Shown: piece after piece, positions 41,401 through 51,700 of the stretch
Layout of the letters: each line of letters begins with the position of its first letter
Numbering within the stretch: the first letter of the stretch is position 1
Origin: an uncultured Microthrixaceae bacterium
GTDB taxonomy: Bacteria; Actinomycetota; Acidimicrobiia; Acidimicrobiales; DATDAH01
Assembly (NCBI GenBank): GCA_963748285.1
Contig: CAVVIF010000009.1
Span: 1,171,217 to 1,235,216, forward strand
Direction of reading: 5' to 3'
DNA: 64,000 nt
Made by a program: the position numbers and the translations under genes
Notes under the pieces: generated by a model
What the model saw: only the letters and a program-made list of their open reading frames with translations
Databases searched by the model: none
What the model was told of the DNA's origin: nothing

Positions 41401-43002
41401 TCAGGCCACCGCGGCGTCCTCGGCGGCGTACTCGGCGAGCAGGCGCTTCTCGTCGTCCCGCCTCGGGAACATGAAGAACACCAGCGTGGCGCCGGCGAGG
41501 ATGGCGATGATCCCGGCGAGGTAGGCCCAGTCCTGCCCGTCGACGAAGGACGTCCGGGCCGCGGCCGTGATCTGGTCGGCGTAGGCCGGGTACTGCTGGG
41601 CGGTGGCTTCGGCGCTGGCGAAGGACCGGGTCAGCTCGGCCTGGACGTTGTCGGTGATCTTGGCCTGGGTCGACGCCGGGGCGCCGGCGATGGACGACGC
41701 CACGGCGGCGGCGTAGCCGGCGGTCAAGAGGGCGCCGAGGATCGACTGCATGATCGCTCCGCCGAGGTCCCGCTGGAGGTCGGCCGTGCCCGACGCCATG
41801 CCCGCCCGGGTGACCGGCACCGAACTGGTGAGCGAGTGCGAGGCGGGGGTGCCGGCGAAGCCGACACCGATCCCGAGGAGGAGGTAGCCGAGGCCGACCT
41901 CCCAGTAGGCGGTGCCCGACTCCCACAGGAGCAGCATCGTGACGAAGCCGAGCAGGCAGAAGAGGTAGCCGGTGAGCAGGGTGAACCGGGCCCCGTGGGA
42001 CTCGACCAGCTTGGCCGACCGCGGGGCCACGACGACCATCCCCACCACGGCCGGGAGGATGGCGGCACCGGACTCCAGCGGCGAGTAGCTGAGCACGTTC
42101 TGCAGGAACTGCTGGCCGATGAACATGGCGCCCATGAGCGAGCCGAACACGATGACCCCGGCGCACGCCGCGACCCAGAACACCCGGCGGGCGGCCACGT
42201 GGAGGTCGTACAGCGGGACGGCGACGCGCTTCTGGCGGATCACGAACGCCGCGCCCGCGGCCAGGGCGATCACCGCCAGGCCCGCCACCGCCGTCGTCTT
42301 GTCGGGTACCGGGGCGAAGTTGATGGCCAGCACGAGCGCGGCGATCATGAGCACCGACAGGATCCCGCCGAGGTTGTCGACCGGATCCGAGGTCTCGTTC
42401 ACATGGGCCGGCACGAGTTTGACCGCCAGGACCAGGGCGACGGCCGCCAGGGGCAGGGTGATGAGGAAGACCGAGCCCCAGTAGAAGCTCCCGAGGAGCC
42501 ACCCGGCCGTCAGCGGGCCGAGGGCGGAGATGGCTCCGCCCAGGGCCGACCACAGGGCGATCGAGCGGGTCCGCGCCGGCCCGGACCACAGGGCGGTGAT
42601 GAGGGCGAGGGTGGTCGGGTACGCCATCCCGGCCGAGAGGCCGCCGAGGAGACGGGCCCCGATCAGCACCTCGATCGACGGTGCGGTCGCGGCGAGGATG
42701 CAGGCGGGGACCGACAATCCGACGCCCAGGATCAGCATCATCTTGCGCCCGTGGCGGTCGCCCAGCGCGCCGAGCCACAGCACCGACGCCGCGAGGCCCA
42801 GGGAGTAGCCCACGGCCACGAGGTTGAGCTGGGTCTGGGATGCGTCGAACGCCGCCCCGATGTCCGGCAGGGCCACGTTGGCCACCGCCAGGTTCAGGTT
42901 GGCCACCGCGGCGACCAGGATCAGGGCGAGCAGGACCAGCGAGGCGCGGTCCGGCGCGGTCGACGCCTCGTCGGTGGACGTGGACGTGGTGACCTCGGTC
43001 AT
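41401..43002 (-). CDS. MFS transporter (DHA2-like)
   Basis: NVALPDI, GALGDRHGRK, WGSVFLI, about 14 TMs. Confidence 0.9.
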   Translation of the reverse strand: MTEVTTSTSTDEASTAPDRASLVLLALILVAAVANLNLAVANVALPDIGAAFDASQTQLNLVAVGYSLGLAASVLWLGALGDRHGRKMMLILGVGLSVPACILAATAPSIEVLIGARLLGGLSAGMAYPTTLALITALWSGPARTRSIALWSALGGAISALGPLTAGWLLGSFYWGSVFLITLPLAAVALVLAVKLVPAHVNETSDPVDNLGGILSVLMIAALVLAINFAPVPDKTTAVAGLAVIALAAGAAFVIRQKRVAVPLYDLHVAARRVFWVAACAGVIVFGSLMGAMFIGQQFLQNVLSYSPLESGAAILPAVVGMVVVAPRSAKLVESHGARFTLLTGYLFCLLGFVTMLLLWESGTAYWEVGLGYLLLGIGVGFAGTPASHSLTSSVPVTRAGMASGTADLQRDLGGAIMQSILGALLTAGYAAAVASSIAGAPASTQAKITDNVQAELTRSFASAEATAQQYPAYADQITAAARTSFVDGQDWAYLAGIIAILAGATLVFFMFPRRDDEKRLLAEYAAEDAAVA

Positions 43003-43015
43003 GGCGTGCCGTCGG

Positions 43016-44640
43016 TCATCCGGCACCGTCTCGGGACTCGGTCTCGGAGTCGTCGTCGGTCCGGCGCACCGGATCATGGGGCAGGTCGCCGGTGAACGCC
43101 AGCGAGAGGAGGGCCAGGAACGCGGCCGCCAGCAGCCCGACCTTCAGGGCCTTGAGCGAGGCGTCCTCGTAGTCGTCGACGATCACGGCGGTGGTGGCGT
43201 CGTCGACACCGGCGTCGGAGAGCACTGCTTCGACCTGATCGGACGGGGATGAAGTCGATCCCCTCCTCGACCGCCTGCTCCAACTGGTCCTCGGTCTCGG
43301 TCGTCGATCGCCGGATCGTCCTCGATGTTGGCCACGAAGGCGTCGCCCAGGCCGATGAGGACGATGGCCCCGATGAGGGCCACGCCCAGGGAGGAGCCCA
43401 GCTGCTGGCCGGTGTACTGCAGGCCACCGGCCTCGCCCCGGCCGGAGGCGTCGACCGAGGACTGCACCACGTTGCCGAGCTGGGAGACGATGAGCCCCAT
43501 CCCGACGCCCAGCAGGGCCATCGAGGCCTTGAACGCGACCGTCGGCCAACGTGGGCTGGATCGTCGCAAGGAGGGCAACCGCGGCGAGCAGGGTGGTCCA
43601 GAGCCCGGCCTGGACGATCGACCGGACGGTGAACCGGGTCGACAGCCGGGAACCGATGGCGGAGGTGGCGAACATCGCGATGGAGACCGGCAGCATCTTG
43701 ATGCCGGTCTCCAGGGCGTCGAGGCCCAGCACGATCTGCAGGTAGAGCGGGATCGAGAAGAAGATTCCCATGAGGATGAGGTTCTGGGAGAGCATCCCGA
43801 TCAGGCCGGATCGCAGCGGCGGGATCTTCAGCAGGTCGAGGTGGACCAGCGGATCCTGGGCCCGGGCCTCGCGGCGGCGCTGCCACCGGACGAAGGCCCA
43901 CAGCAGCACCCCGCCGAAGGCGATCACGAACAGGGTCGCGGAGAAGCCGAACGGCTCGAACGGTGAGGTCCTTCGGGCGCCACCCAACCCCAGGTGCTCG
44001 ACTGCAGCGTGCCCAGGACGACGGTGCCGAGGCCCGTGGCGGCGAGCACCGAGCCGACGATGTCCAGGCGGGGCTTCTCACCCACGATGGGCGTGTCCAC
44101 GACGTACCGGACCATGGCCAGGATGAAGAGGACGAGGACGACCTCACCGGCGAACACCACCCGCCAGCTCAGCTCCGTGGTGGCCCAGCCCCCGAGGATG
44201 GGGCCGATGGCGATGCCGGCCCCGGCGACGCCGCCAATGATCGCATAGGCCCCCTTGCGGGACTCCCCTTCGAAGTTGCCGGCGATCAGGGCGGCCATCG
44301 CTGGCAGTACGAGGGCGGCCCCGATGCCCTCCAGGATGGACCAACCCAACGTCAGGACGGCCACCGTGGGGGCGACGGCGGTCAGGGCCGAACCGCAGGC
44401 GTAGATGATCAGGCCGATCACGAAGGCCCGGCGCCGGCCGATGATGTCGCCGATCTTCCCGCCCGTGAGCATCAACATCGCCATCACGAGGCAGTAGAGG
44501 GTGATGACGGCCTGGATGGTGGACACGGTGGTGTCGAAGTCCTCGACCAGCTGGCTGATCGACACGTTCATCACCGACTGGTCGAGCACCATGACGAACT
44601 GCGCGGTCGCCAAGGCAACCAGCGGCAGCCATCGCTTCAT
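43016..44640 (-). CDS. MFS transporter (DHA2-like, several frameshifts)
   Basis: QFVMVLDQSVMNVSI, GKIGDIIGRRR, GPILGG, SWRVVF; continues through ORFs 43074, 43016 and 43183. Confidence 0.85.
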
Positions 44641-44699
44641 CGGGTCCCCCTCTCCCACCGGCAGGACACCGGGGTCGGCGCTCATACTGGCACGGCGGG

Positions 44700-45183
44700 T
44701 CAGTCCAGCAGGAGGCCCATGACCACGGCGTCCCAGATCTCGCCGTTCTTCCGGGGGTACTGCCGGCGCAGGTACCCCTCCTGCTCGAAGCCGTACTTCT
44801 CGTACAGGGCCCGGGCCGAGCGTGTTGTGCGGCCAGTGCTGGAGGGCGATCTTGTGGGCGCCGGCCTCCCGGGCCCAGGCGATGGCCCGCTCGACGAGCG
44901 CCGAGCCGATCCCCTGGCCCCGGTAGCCGTCCTTCACGTTCATCCCGAGGTCGGCCACCATGTACCGCGGCAGGTGCATCCCGAGCATGCCGACCAGGGC
45001 TCCGTCGACCTCGGCCACGAACAGCGAGCCCCGTTCGGCGCTCTCGGTGAAGATCGCCCGGTCCCCCTCCTCGTCGAGCGGGAGCTCGGCGCCGATCCAG
45101 CGGCCCTCGCCCGCCACCTCCCGCCGCAGGACCATCAGCTCGTCGATGTCCTCGACCGTCGCGTTGCGCACCAGCACCGTCAT
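44700..45183 (-). CDS. GNAT family N-acetyltransferase (frameshift near 44820)
   Basis: YRGQGIGSAL, then ARALYEKYGF.QEG.LR in a shifted frame ending MGLLLD. Confidence 0.85.
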
Positions 45184-45206
45184 CCCCCCAGTCTCGGCCA
45201 CCTCAC

Positions 45207-45259
45207 CCGTTCTGGCGCCCGATTTCGGGTCCTGGCCCCGAGATCGGGCGCCAGTACGG
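45207..45259. repeat. Long imperfect inverted repeat (REP-like or terminator)
   Basis: CCGTTCTGGCGCCCGATTTCGGG-N7-CCCGAGATCGGGCGCCAGTACGG. Confidence 0.55.
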
Positions 45260-45262
45260 AGG

Positions 45263-45634
45263 TCAGACGGCGATGACGATGGCGTGGGCCGCGGTGTCGG
45301 TGTGGGTGAGGCTGATGCGCCAGGCGGTGACGCCCCGCTCCTCGGCCAGCGCCGCGGCCTTGCCGTGCAGGCGGAGGTCCGGGGCGCCGGAGTCCTCGTC
45401 CCGGATCACCTCGATGTCGGCCAGCTCGCAGGCCCCCAGGCCGACGCCCAGCGCCTTCATGACCGCCTCCTTGGCGGCGAAGCGGGCGGCGTAGCGCTCG
45501 GTGGGGTCCCGGCGCCGCTCGGCGTAGGCCTGCTCGCCCTCGGTGAAGTACCGGGTGAGGATGCCGGGGGTCCGCTCGGCGGCCTGGCGGAAGCGGTCGA
45601 GGTCGACCAGGTCGGTGCCGACCCCGACGACCAC
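45263..45634 (-). CDS. acpS: Holo-[acyl-carrier-protein] synthase
   Basis: GVGTDLV, AARFAAKEAVMKALG, SGAP, ISLTH. Confidence 0.95.
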   Translation of the reverse strand: MVVGVGTDLVDLDRFRQAAERTPGILTRYFTEGEQAYAERRRDPTERYAARFAAKEAVMKALGVGLGACELADIEVIRDEDSGAPDLRLHGKAAALAEERGVTAWRISLTHTDTAAHAIVIAV

Positions 45635-45636
45635 GA

Positions 45637-48600
45637 TCAGGCCTCGCTGCGGAACCGGTCGGCCAGCGAGGTGATCGACGCCACCAACAGGTCGGCGACG
45701 GGGATCTCGGCCAGGAGGTCCTCACGGAAGGTCGGCTCGGTCTCGGTGACCGCGTCCCGCAGGAGCGCGAACCGGTCGCGGTAGCCCTGGAGGACGCCCC
45801 GGGCGGTGGGGGCCGACAGGCGGTCCCGGAAGCGCACGTGGAGCAGGGTGAGCCCGGTGGCCTGCCCGTCCTTGGTCTCGGGGATCAGCACGATGGGGCG
45901 GCCGTCGCGACGGCCGGTCGCCACCAGGACCTGACGCTCGCTGGCCACCCGGTTCTTCGTGCCCCGCAGGCGCGGGTCCTGGTCGGTCCGGGTGGGGATG
46001 CCGGCGGCGACCCCACCGCGGTCGAGGGCCACGATCGTGGCCTCGCCGCTCTCGGGCCGGCCCTCGATGCGGTAGCGGGTCCACCCCGTGACCTCGGCCA
46101 CGGCCGGGTCGAGGTCGGCGAGGGTCCGCAGGGCCTGGTAGGTGAGCCCGTCCCGGGGCGCCCCGGCGGCCATGACCTCCCGGACCAGGGGCACCTGCAG
46201 GAGCGTCTCGTCGGTGCGGGAGATGCCCACCGTGACCGTCTTGGCCTGGTGCTTGATGGCGTCGATGGGCCGGGTCAGCTCCTCGATCGCCCGGGTGAGC
46301 GCCGCGGTCAGGTCCTCCACGATCACCCCCGGCGTACCGACCTTCCCGTACTCGCCCTGGTAGGCGTCCAGGGAGGTCGTGCCCAGCGCGTAGCGGAAGA
46401 GGGCCGAGGCCCGGATGGCCGTGCTGGCCTCGAGGTGGCCGTCGTAGGCCCCACTGCGCAGCGTGTCGGCGAAGCGGACGGCGAGGGGCTCGAAGGTGGG
46501 ACGGAGGCGGGCGAGCAGGGCCTCGGCGTCGGCCCCCTCGACGTGGCTGCCCACCGCCTCCTCGATGGCGGCGCGGGCCTCCCGGAGGGGGCGCGCCCCT
46601 TCGTCGATGGCCAGGGCGGCCTCGTAGCCGAACAGGTGGCCGACCATCGCCGAGAGGACGAAGGCCAGCCGCGGGTGGGTGGCGGGCACGGTCAGGGCGT
46701 GGAGGGCGGCGGTGTAGCGCCCCTCGCCCTCGGTGGCGACCACGACCGGGGCGGCCTTGTGGGCCCGGTAGATGGCCACCTCCTTGGCCACGTCGTCGGC
46801 GTTGGAGCCGGTGAGCCCCGCGGCGCAGACCAGGATCAGCGGCTCCGAGGACAGGTCGATGTGCTTCTTGTCCTCGGTGACGTCACAGGCGATCGACTTG
46901 TAGCAGAGCTCGGAGAGCTTGATCCGGACCTCGGCGGCGGCGATGCGGTTGGGTCCGTTGCCCACCACGGCCCAGTAGCGCCGCGCCGGGGCCAGCTCCC
47001 GAGCGGTCTCGCCGATGCGGTCCCGGTCGGCCAGGACCCGGGTCAAGGCGTCGGGCAGGCCGCGGAGCGCAGCCAGCATCGCCGCCCGCTCCCCCGTGTC
47101 CGGGGCCCCGAGCTCCTCGGCCAGGGCGGCGGCCAGCAGCACGCCGGCGGCGACCTGGGCGTAGAAGGCCTTGGTCGAGGCGACGCTCATCTCCACGTCG
47201 CGACCGTCGGAGGTGTAGAGGACGCCGTCGGACTTGTCGGTGAGGTCGCTGCCCCGTCGGTTGACGATGGCCACCACCGACGCCCCGCGGGAGCGGACCA
47301 GGTCGACCGTCCGGTTGGTGTCGGTCGTGGTCCCCGACTGGGAGATGGCCACCACCAGGGTGTCGCCCATGTCGTCGGCCAGCTCGAAGCCGGAGAGCTC
47401 GGTGGCCAGGACGGCCTCGACGCGGAGCGGGAGGTCGGGGGTGAGGGCCTCGAGGATGGCCGCCAGGCTCTGGCCGGCGACCGCGGCGGTGCCCTGGCCG
47501 GTGACCAGGACCCGATGGATCCGGCCGTCCCGCAGCTTGGCCCGGAGGTCCTCGGACAGGGTCTCGGGCCCCAGGTCCACCGCCGCCCGTCCGCCCCGCT
47601 CGGTCAGTCGCCCCCGCAGGGTCTTGCGGAAGGACGCGGGCGCCTCGGTCATCTCCTTGAGCAGGAAGTGCGGGAAGTCGCCCCGGTCGATGTCCCGGGT
47701 CGTGATCTCGGCGGTCTCGAGGTCGGCCTCGGTCACCGGCACCTCGGTGCCGTCGTAGGCGAGGCGCCGGATGCCGTCGATGGTGCCGGCCCGGGCCCCG
47801 TCCAGCACGAGCACCTGGCCCCGACTGGCGGTGGGGTTCTCGGGGTTGGCCGGCGTCTCGCCGTCCATGCGGAGATAGGTCGTCGTCTCCTCGACCAGCC
47901 CGTAGGGCTCGCTGGCCACGATGTAGGCGTCCTCGAGCAGACCCACGTAGAGGGCCTGGCCACTGCCGCGGAGGGCGAGGAGGAGCTGCTCGGGGGCGAC
48001 GGCGTTCGTGGCGCCGATGGCCACCGAGCCCTCGAGGGCGGCGACCGTGCGTCGGAACGCCTCGTCCAGATCGTGGCCCTCCGCCAGGCGACGGGCGGTC
48101 AGGGCGGGGATGACCTTCGCGTCGGTGGTGATCTCGGCGGCCACGACCAGGCCCTCGTCGGCCCGCAGGTCGGCGTGGTTGTCGACATCGCCGTTCAGGG
48201 CGGCGGCCACATACGGACGGGCCACGCCGTCGGACTCCTCGGCACAGACGGGGTGGGCGTTGGGCTCGGAGATGATGCCGACACTGGCCCACCGGGTGTG
48301 GCCGAGGACCACGGCCTGGGCCGTCGGGGCGCTGAGGGCGAGGTGGAGCAGGGCGTCGCGGCTGATGGCCGCCCGCAGCGCCGCGGTGTTGTCGCCCAGC
48401 TCGCCGATCTCGGCGGCCGCCTTGTAGACGAAGGCGAGGTGGCCGTCGGCCACCCGCACCGCGCCCGACACGAACCGGAGGTCGTCGTCCCGGCCGGCGA
48501 GGAGGGCCCGGACCGACGGGGCGTCGAGATCGAGGCCGTGGCCGTGGACCAGGACGTGGATCCCGGCGCTGTCGCGGCCCCGCACCTCGAGGCGATCGAG

Positions 48601-49095
48601 CGCGGACAGGACCTGCTGCAGCGAGAGGTGGGCCTCGAGGGCGGCCGGGCCGGCGTCGAGGCCGGCGAGGCCGGCGACGTGGGCCGCGGTGGGCAGGCGG
48701 TCACGGCGCAGGGCCCAGGCCGCGTCCCGCAGGGCGACGAGGGCGGCGTTCACCCGCTCGAGGTCGGCGGTGGAACCGAGGCTCTCGGCGTGGTCGAGCG
48801 CCCCGTCGACGGCGTCGGCCCGGGCCTCGATGCCGGCGACCAGGCCGTCGAGGGTCGGGGCGAGCGTCGAGTCGGCCAGCAGCGTGCGGACGCCCGGCGA
48901 GCCCCGCAGGAGCCCGTCGGCGGCCACCAACGGCTCGGTGGCCGTGGCCAGGAGGTCGGCCAGCGTCGGCCCGGGCGGGAGGTCGGCGAACCCGGTGGCG
49001 GCCGCCGCGGCCTGTTCCAGCAGGTCCCGCAGCTCGGCGCTGGTGGCCGGCACGCGGTCGGAGGGTCGACGGACGACGGCGATGATCCCGCACAT
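45637..49095 (-). CDS. glmS: Glutamine-fructose-6-phosphate aminotransferase, greatly extended (1152 aa)
   Basis: MCGI, RGRDSAG, GHTRWA, NAHP, SQSGTTTDT, SVASTKAF, AKTVTV; canonical position downstream of glmM. Confidence 0.88.
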   Translation of the reverse strand: MCGIIAVVRRPSDRVPATSAELRDLLEQAAAAATGFADLPPGPTLADLLATATEPLVAADGLLRGSPGVRTLLADSTLAPTLDGLVAGIEARADAVDGALDHAESLGSTADLERVNAALVALRDAAWALRRDRLPTAAHVAGLAGLDAGPAALEAHLSLQQVLSALDRLEVRGRDSAGIHVLVHGHGLDLDAPSVRALLAGRDDDLRFVSGAVRVADGHLAFVYKAAAEIGELGDNTAALRAAISRDALLHLALSAPTAQAVVLGHTRWASVGIISEPNAHPVCAEESDGVARPYVAAALNGDVDNHADLRADEGLVVAAEITTDAKVIPALTARRLAEGHDLDEAFRRTVAALEGSVAIGATNAVAPEQLLLALRGSGQALYVGLLEDAYIVASEPYGLVEETTTYLRMDGETPANPENPTASRGQVLVLDGARAGTIDGIRRLAYDGTEVPVTEADLETAEITTRDIDRGDFPHFLLKEMTEAPASFRKTLRGRLTERGGRAAVDLGPETLSEDLRAKLRDGRIHRVLVTGQGTAAVAGQSLAAILEALTPDLPLRVEAVLATELSGFELADDMGDTLVVAISQSGTTTDTNRTVDLVRSRGASVVAIVNRRGSDLTDKSDGVLYTSDGRDVEMSVASTKAFYAQVAAGVLLAAALAEELGAPDTGERAAMLAALRGLPDALTRVLADRDRIGETARELAPARRYWAVVGNGPNRIAAAEVRIKLSELCYKSIACDVTEDKKHIDLSSEPLILVCAAGLTGSNADDVAKEVAIYRAHKAAPVVVATEGEGRYTAALHALTVPATHPRLAFVLSAMVGHLFGYEAALAIDEGARPLREARAAIEEAVGSHVEGADAEALLARLRPTFEPLAVRFADTLRSGAYDGHLEASTAIRASALFRYALGTTSLDAYQGEYGKVGTPGVIVEDLTAALTRAIEELTRPIDAIKHQAKTVTVGISRTDETLLQVPLVREVMAAGAPRDGLTYQALRTLADLDPAVAEVTGWTRYRIEGRPESGEATIVALDRGGVAAGIPTRTDQDPRLRGTKNRVASERQVLVATGRRDGRPIVLIPETKDGQATGLTLLHVRFRDRLSAPTARGVLQGYRDRFALLRDAVTETEPTFREDLLAEIPVADLLVASITSLADRFRSEA

Positions 49096-49233
49096 TGGAA
49101 GGTGGTGACTCCTGGGTCGCGGTGCCCGCAGCGCCAGGGCAGGCCGGGCGGCGATCCTCCAGTGTAGGAAGGCGCTGACCGGCTCTGGCTCCGGTCAGCC
49201 CGCCACGGTGCGTCGTCGCCACCCCGCCATCGG

Positions 49234-51635
49234 TCATTCCGCCCGCAACGCCTCGGCCGTCGGGCGACGACCGAACCACCTGCCGGTGGCCACCGCCACG
49301 ACGCCCGCCAGCAGCAGCGCGGCGAGGACAGCGCCGGCCAGGGCCGGCGCGGGCACGACCGGCTCACCCACGACGCGCAGCTCCGTGGCGAAGATCGACC
49401 AGGCCCACCGACCGACCACGATCCCGACGGGCACGGCGACGAGGGCGGCGAACCCCACGATCACGGCGGCCTGCCAGGCCACGGCCGTGAGGAGCTGCCG
49501 CCCGGTGAAGCCGAGGGTGCGGAGCAGCGCGAGGTCGCGGCGGCGGCGGCGCACCGTCGTGATCAACGCATGGACCAGGGTCGCCGCGGCCACGAGGGCC
49601 ATGGAGCCCGCGACCACGGCGGGCGCCGAATCCACCCGACCGAAGTTCACGAGGTCGTCGGGGAGCGCCGGCAGCTTGACGTCCTGGCCGGTGAAGGCCA
49701 GGGAGACCCGGATCCGCTCGACGAAGGCGTCCGCGTCAGCGCCCTCCCGGAGGTCGACGAGCGCGGTCTGGCGGGCCGTTCTGGGGGCCAGGACCTGCAG
49801 GGTCTCGAAGGTCAGGAGCGCGTCGGCCCGGGGCAGCGCGGCGTGGCCGACGATGTCGAGCTCGGTCTCGTTCTCGCCGAACCGGGCCGGGACCGAGCTG
49901 CCCACGTCACCCAGACCGGGGCTGACCACCACCTCCCCCACCGCCTCGGGTCGACGACCGGCGAGGAGGGACGGCTCGATCGTGCCCACGACGTCGTCGA
50001 CCGCGAACGCGTCCACCCGGCGGCCGTCGAGGTCGAGGGAGGTCGCCGTACCGATGGCCACCGCGGCCACGTCCGGATCCTCCCGGATGCTGGCGACATC
50101 GGCCCTCGTCAGCCGGTCGGAGAACTCCTGACCCAGCTCCACGTCCCACGTCCACCCGAACAGGCGCGGCGTCTCGGTGAGGTGACCGAGGCTGGCCATG
50201 AACACCAGGACCGCGGTCACGGTGGCCAGACCGAGCGCCATGGTGGCTCCCGCCGACAGGACCGGGGGCGGCGAGCCGCGTGGACCGGCCTGGACGGCCA
50301 GGCCGGTGCCGGTCACCACCGGAGGCGACGCCCCCGCCACGGTCAGGACCGCCAGGACCCGGCTCGGACGGCGGGCCTGCCAGTCCTGCCGGCCCCGGCG
50401 CATCTCCCACCAGCCGGTCGCGGCGGCGAGGAGCGAAGCCGCGGTCGCGACCGCCAATGCACCCCCCGCCAGGACCAGGCCGTCGACGTCGAGGCCCGGA
50501 TCGGGCTCGGCGATCCCGGCCAGGCCCAGGGGGAAGAGGGGGAGAGGGCGAGCCCGACGACGGCGGCGACGGCGCCCGCGACGACGCCCATGGCCATCGC
50601 CTTCGCCACGCGGAGGTGGAGGAGGTCCCGCCGGGTCCAGCCCAGGGCCCGCAGCGTCGGGTCGTCGCCGGCCTCCCCCGCCGCCTGGCGGGCCAGGACC
50701 TGACCGGCGACCAGCAGGGTGACCAGGGCGACGAGCGCCGCCGCCAGGTACAGCGCCCGCACGATCGGGGTCACCGTCCGCCCGGCGGCGACGGCGTCGT
50801 CGGCCGTCGAGATGCTGAGGACCGGCCGGCCACCACCGAGGACCTCGACCCGGTCGAGGAACGCCCGCTCCCCCGCCGCCCCGTCCTCGAGGCTCACCAG
50901 CAGCACCTCGATGACCGCCGATCCCGCGTAGGCCTCCGTGGCCGCCGGGGTCATCCAGAGCGTGGTGGTGGTGTCGTTCGACGGCGGTGCCAACCCGGCC
51001 GGCTCGACGGCGATGCCCACGACGCGCAGCTCCTCGAAGGGGGGCACGTCGGCCAGGGCGTCGAAGGTCGTCCCGCCCTGGTCGGCCGGGGTGAACAAGC
51101 GGCCCAGGTCCTCGTCGTCGAGGAAGTTGACGTCGATCGTGCTGCCCACGTCGAGGTCGAAGGTCTCCGCCGTGCGGAAGGTGGCCACGACCTCGTTGGG
51201 CTCGTCGGGGTCGGCCGGGCCGCCGGCGAGGTACTTGAAGGCGGAGAAGTCGTCACCGATCCGCCCGGAGGGGTCGGCGAGGAAGTTGACCGTCGAGGTG
51301 TCGACCAACTGGCCGTCCTCGGTGCGGCCACTGCCCGCGAGGACGTCGCCCCGCTGGCTGTCGGCCACGCCGGGGAGCGCCGCGACGGCGTCGAGGTCCA
51401 GTTCGGCGAAGTCGAAGGTGCCCGAGATGCCGCTGATCACCATCAGGTCGTGGGCGTCGGACCCGGCCACGAAGCGGTCGATGGCCGTGTCGGACCGGCG
51501 CGCCCCGGCCACGAGGGCCAGCACCAGGCCGGCCGACACACCCACCAGGGCCGCGACGCCCAGCCAGGCCACCCGCCGGTGCCGGAGGTCGGCCCGGAAG
51601 CGGTAGCTCCTGTACGACCCCGTCCCCCGACGCAT
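49234..51635 (-). CDS. ABC transporter permease, FtsX/MacB family with duplicated architecture (frameshift near 50540)
   Basis: Two FtsX units (TLRALGWTRR; RRRRRDLALLRTLGFT), each with an extracytoplasmic domain. Confidence 0.85.
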
Positions 51636-51700
51636 CGCCTCCAGTGTCCCCCGGATGGCGGGGTCGGGCGGGGAGGCGGCCCTTCACGTCACGGTGGTGC

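Noticed and set aside
43924-45201. Apparent GNAT-MFS fusion protein
   Set aside because: Artefact of a frameshift near 44820; the GNAT ends at 44700 and the MFS has its own RBS and ATG at 44640
45838-49167. 1109-aa plus-strand ORF
   Set aside because: Antisense shadow of glmS; high GC suppresses stop codons; no motifs
49096-49233. glmS ribozyme upstream of glmS (AGCGCC present on the minus strand)
   Set aside because: The remaining core, such as GACGAGG and the pseudoknot segments, is not recognisable, and AGCGCC is common in GC-rich DNA
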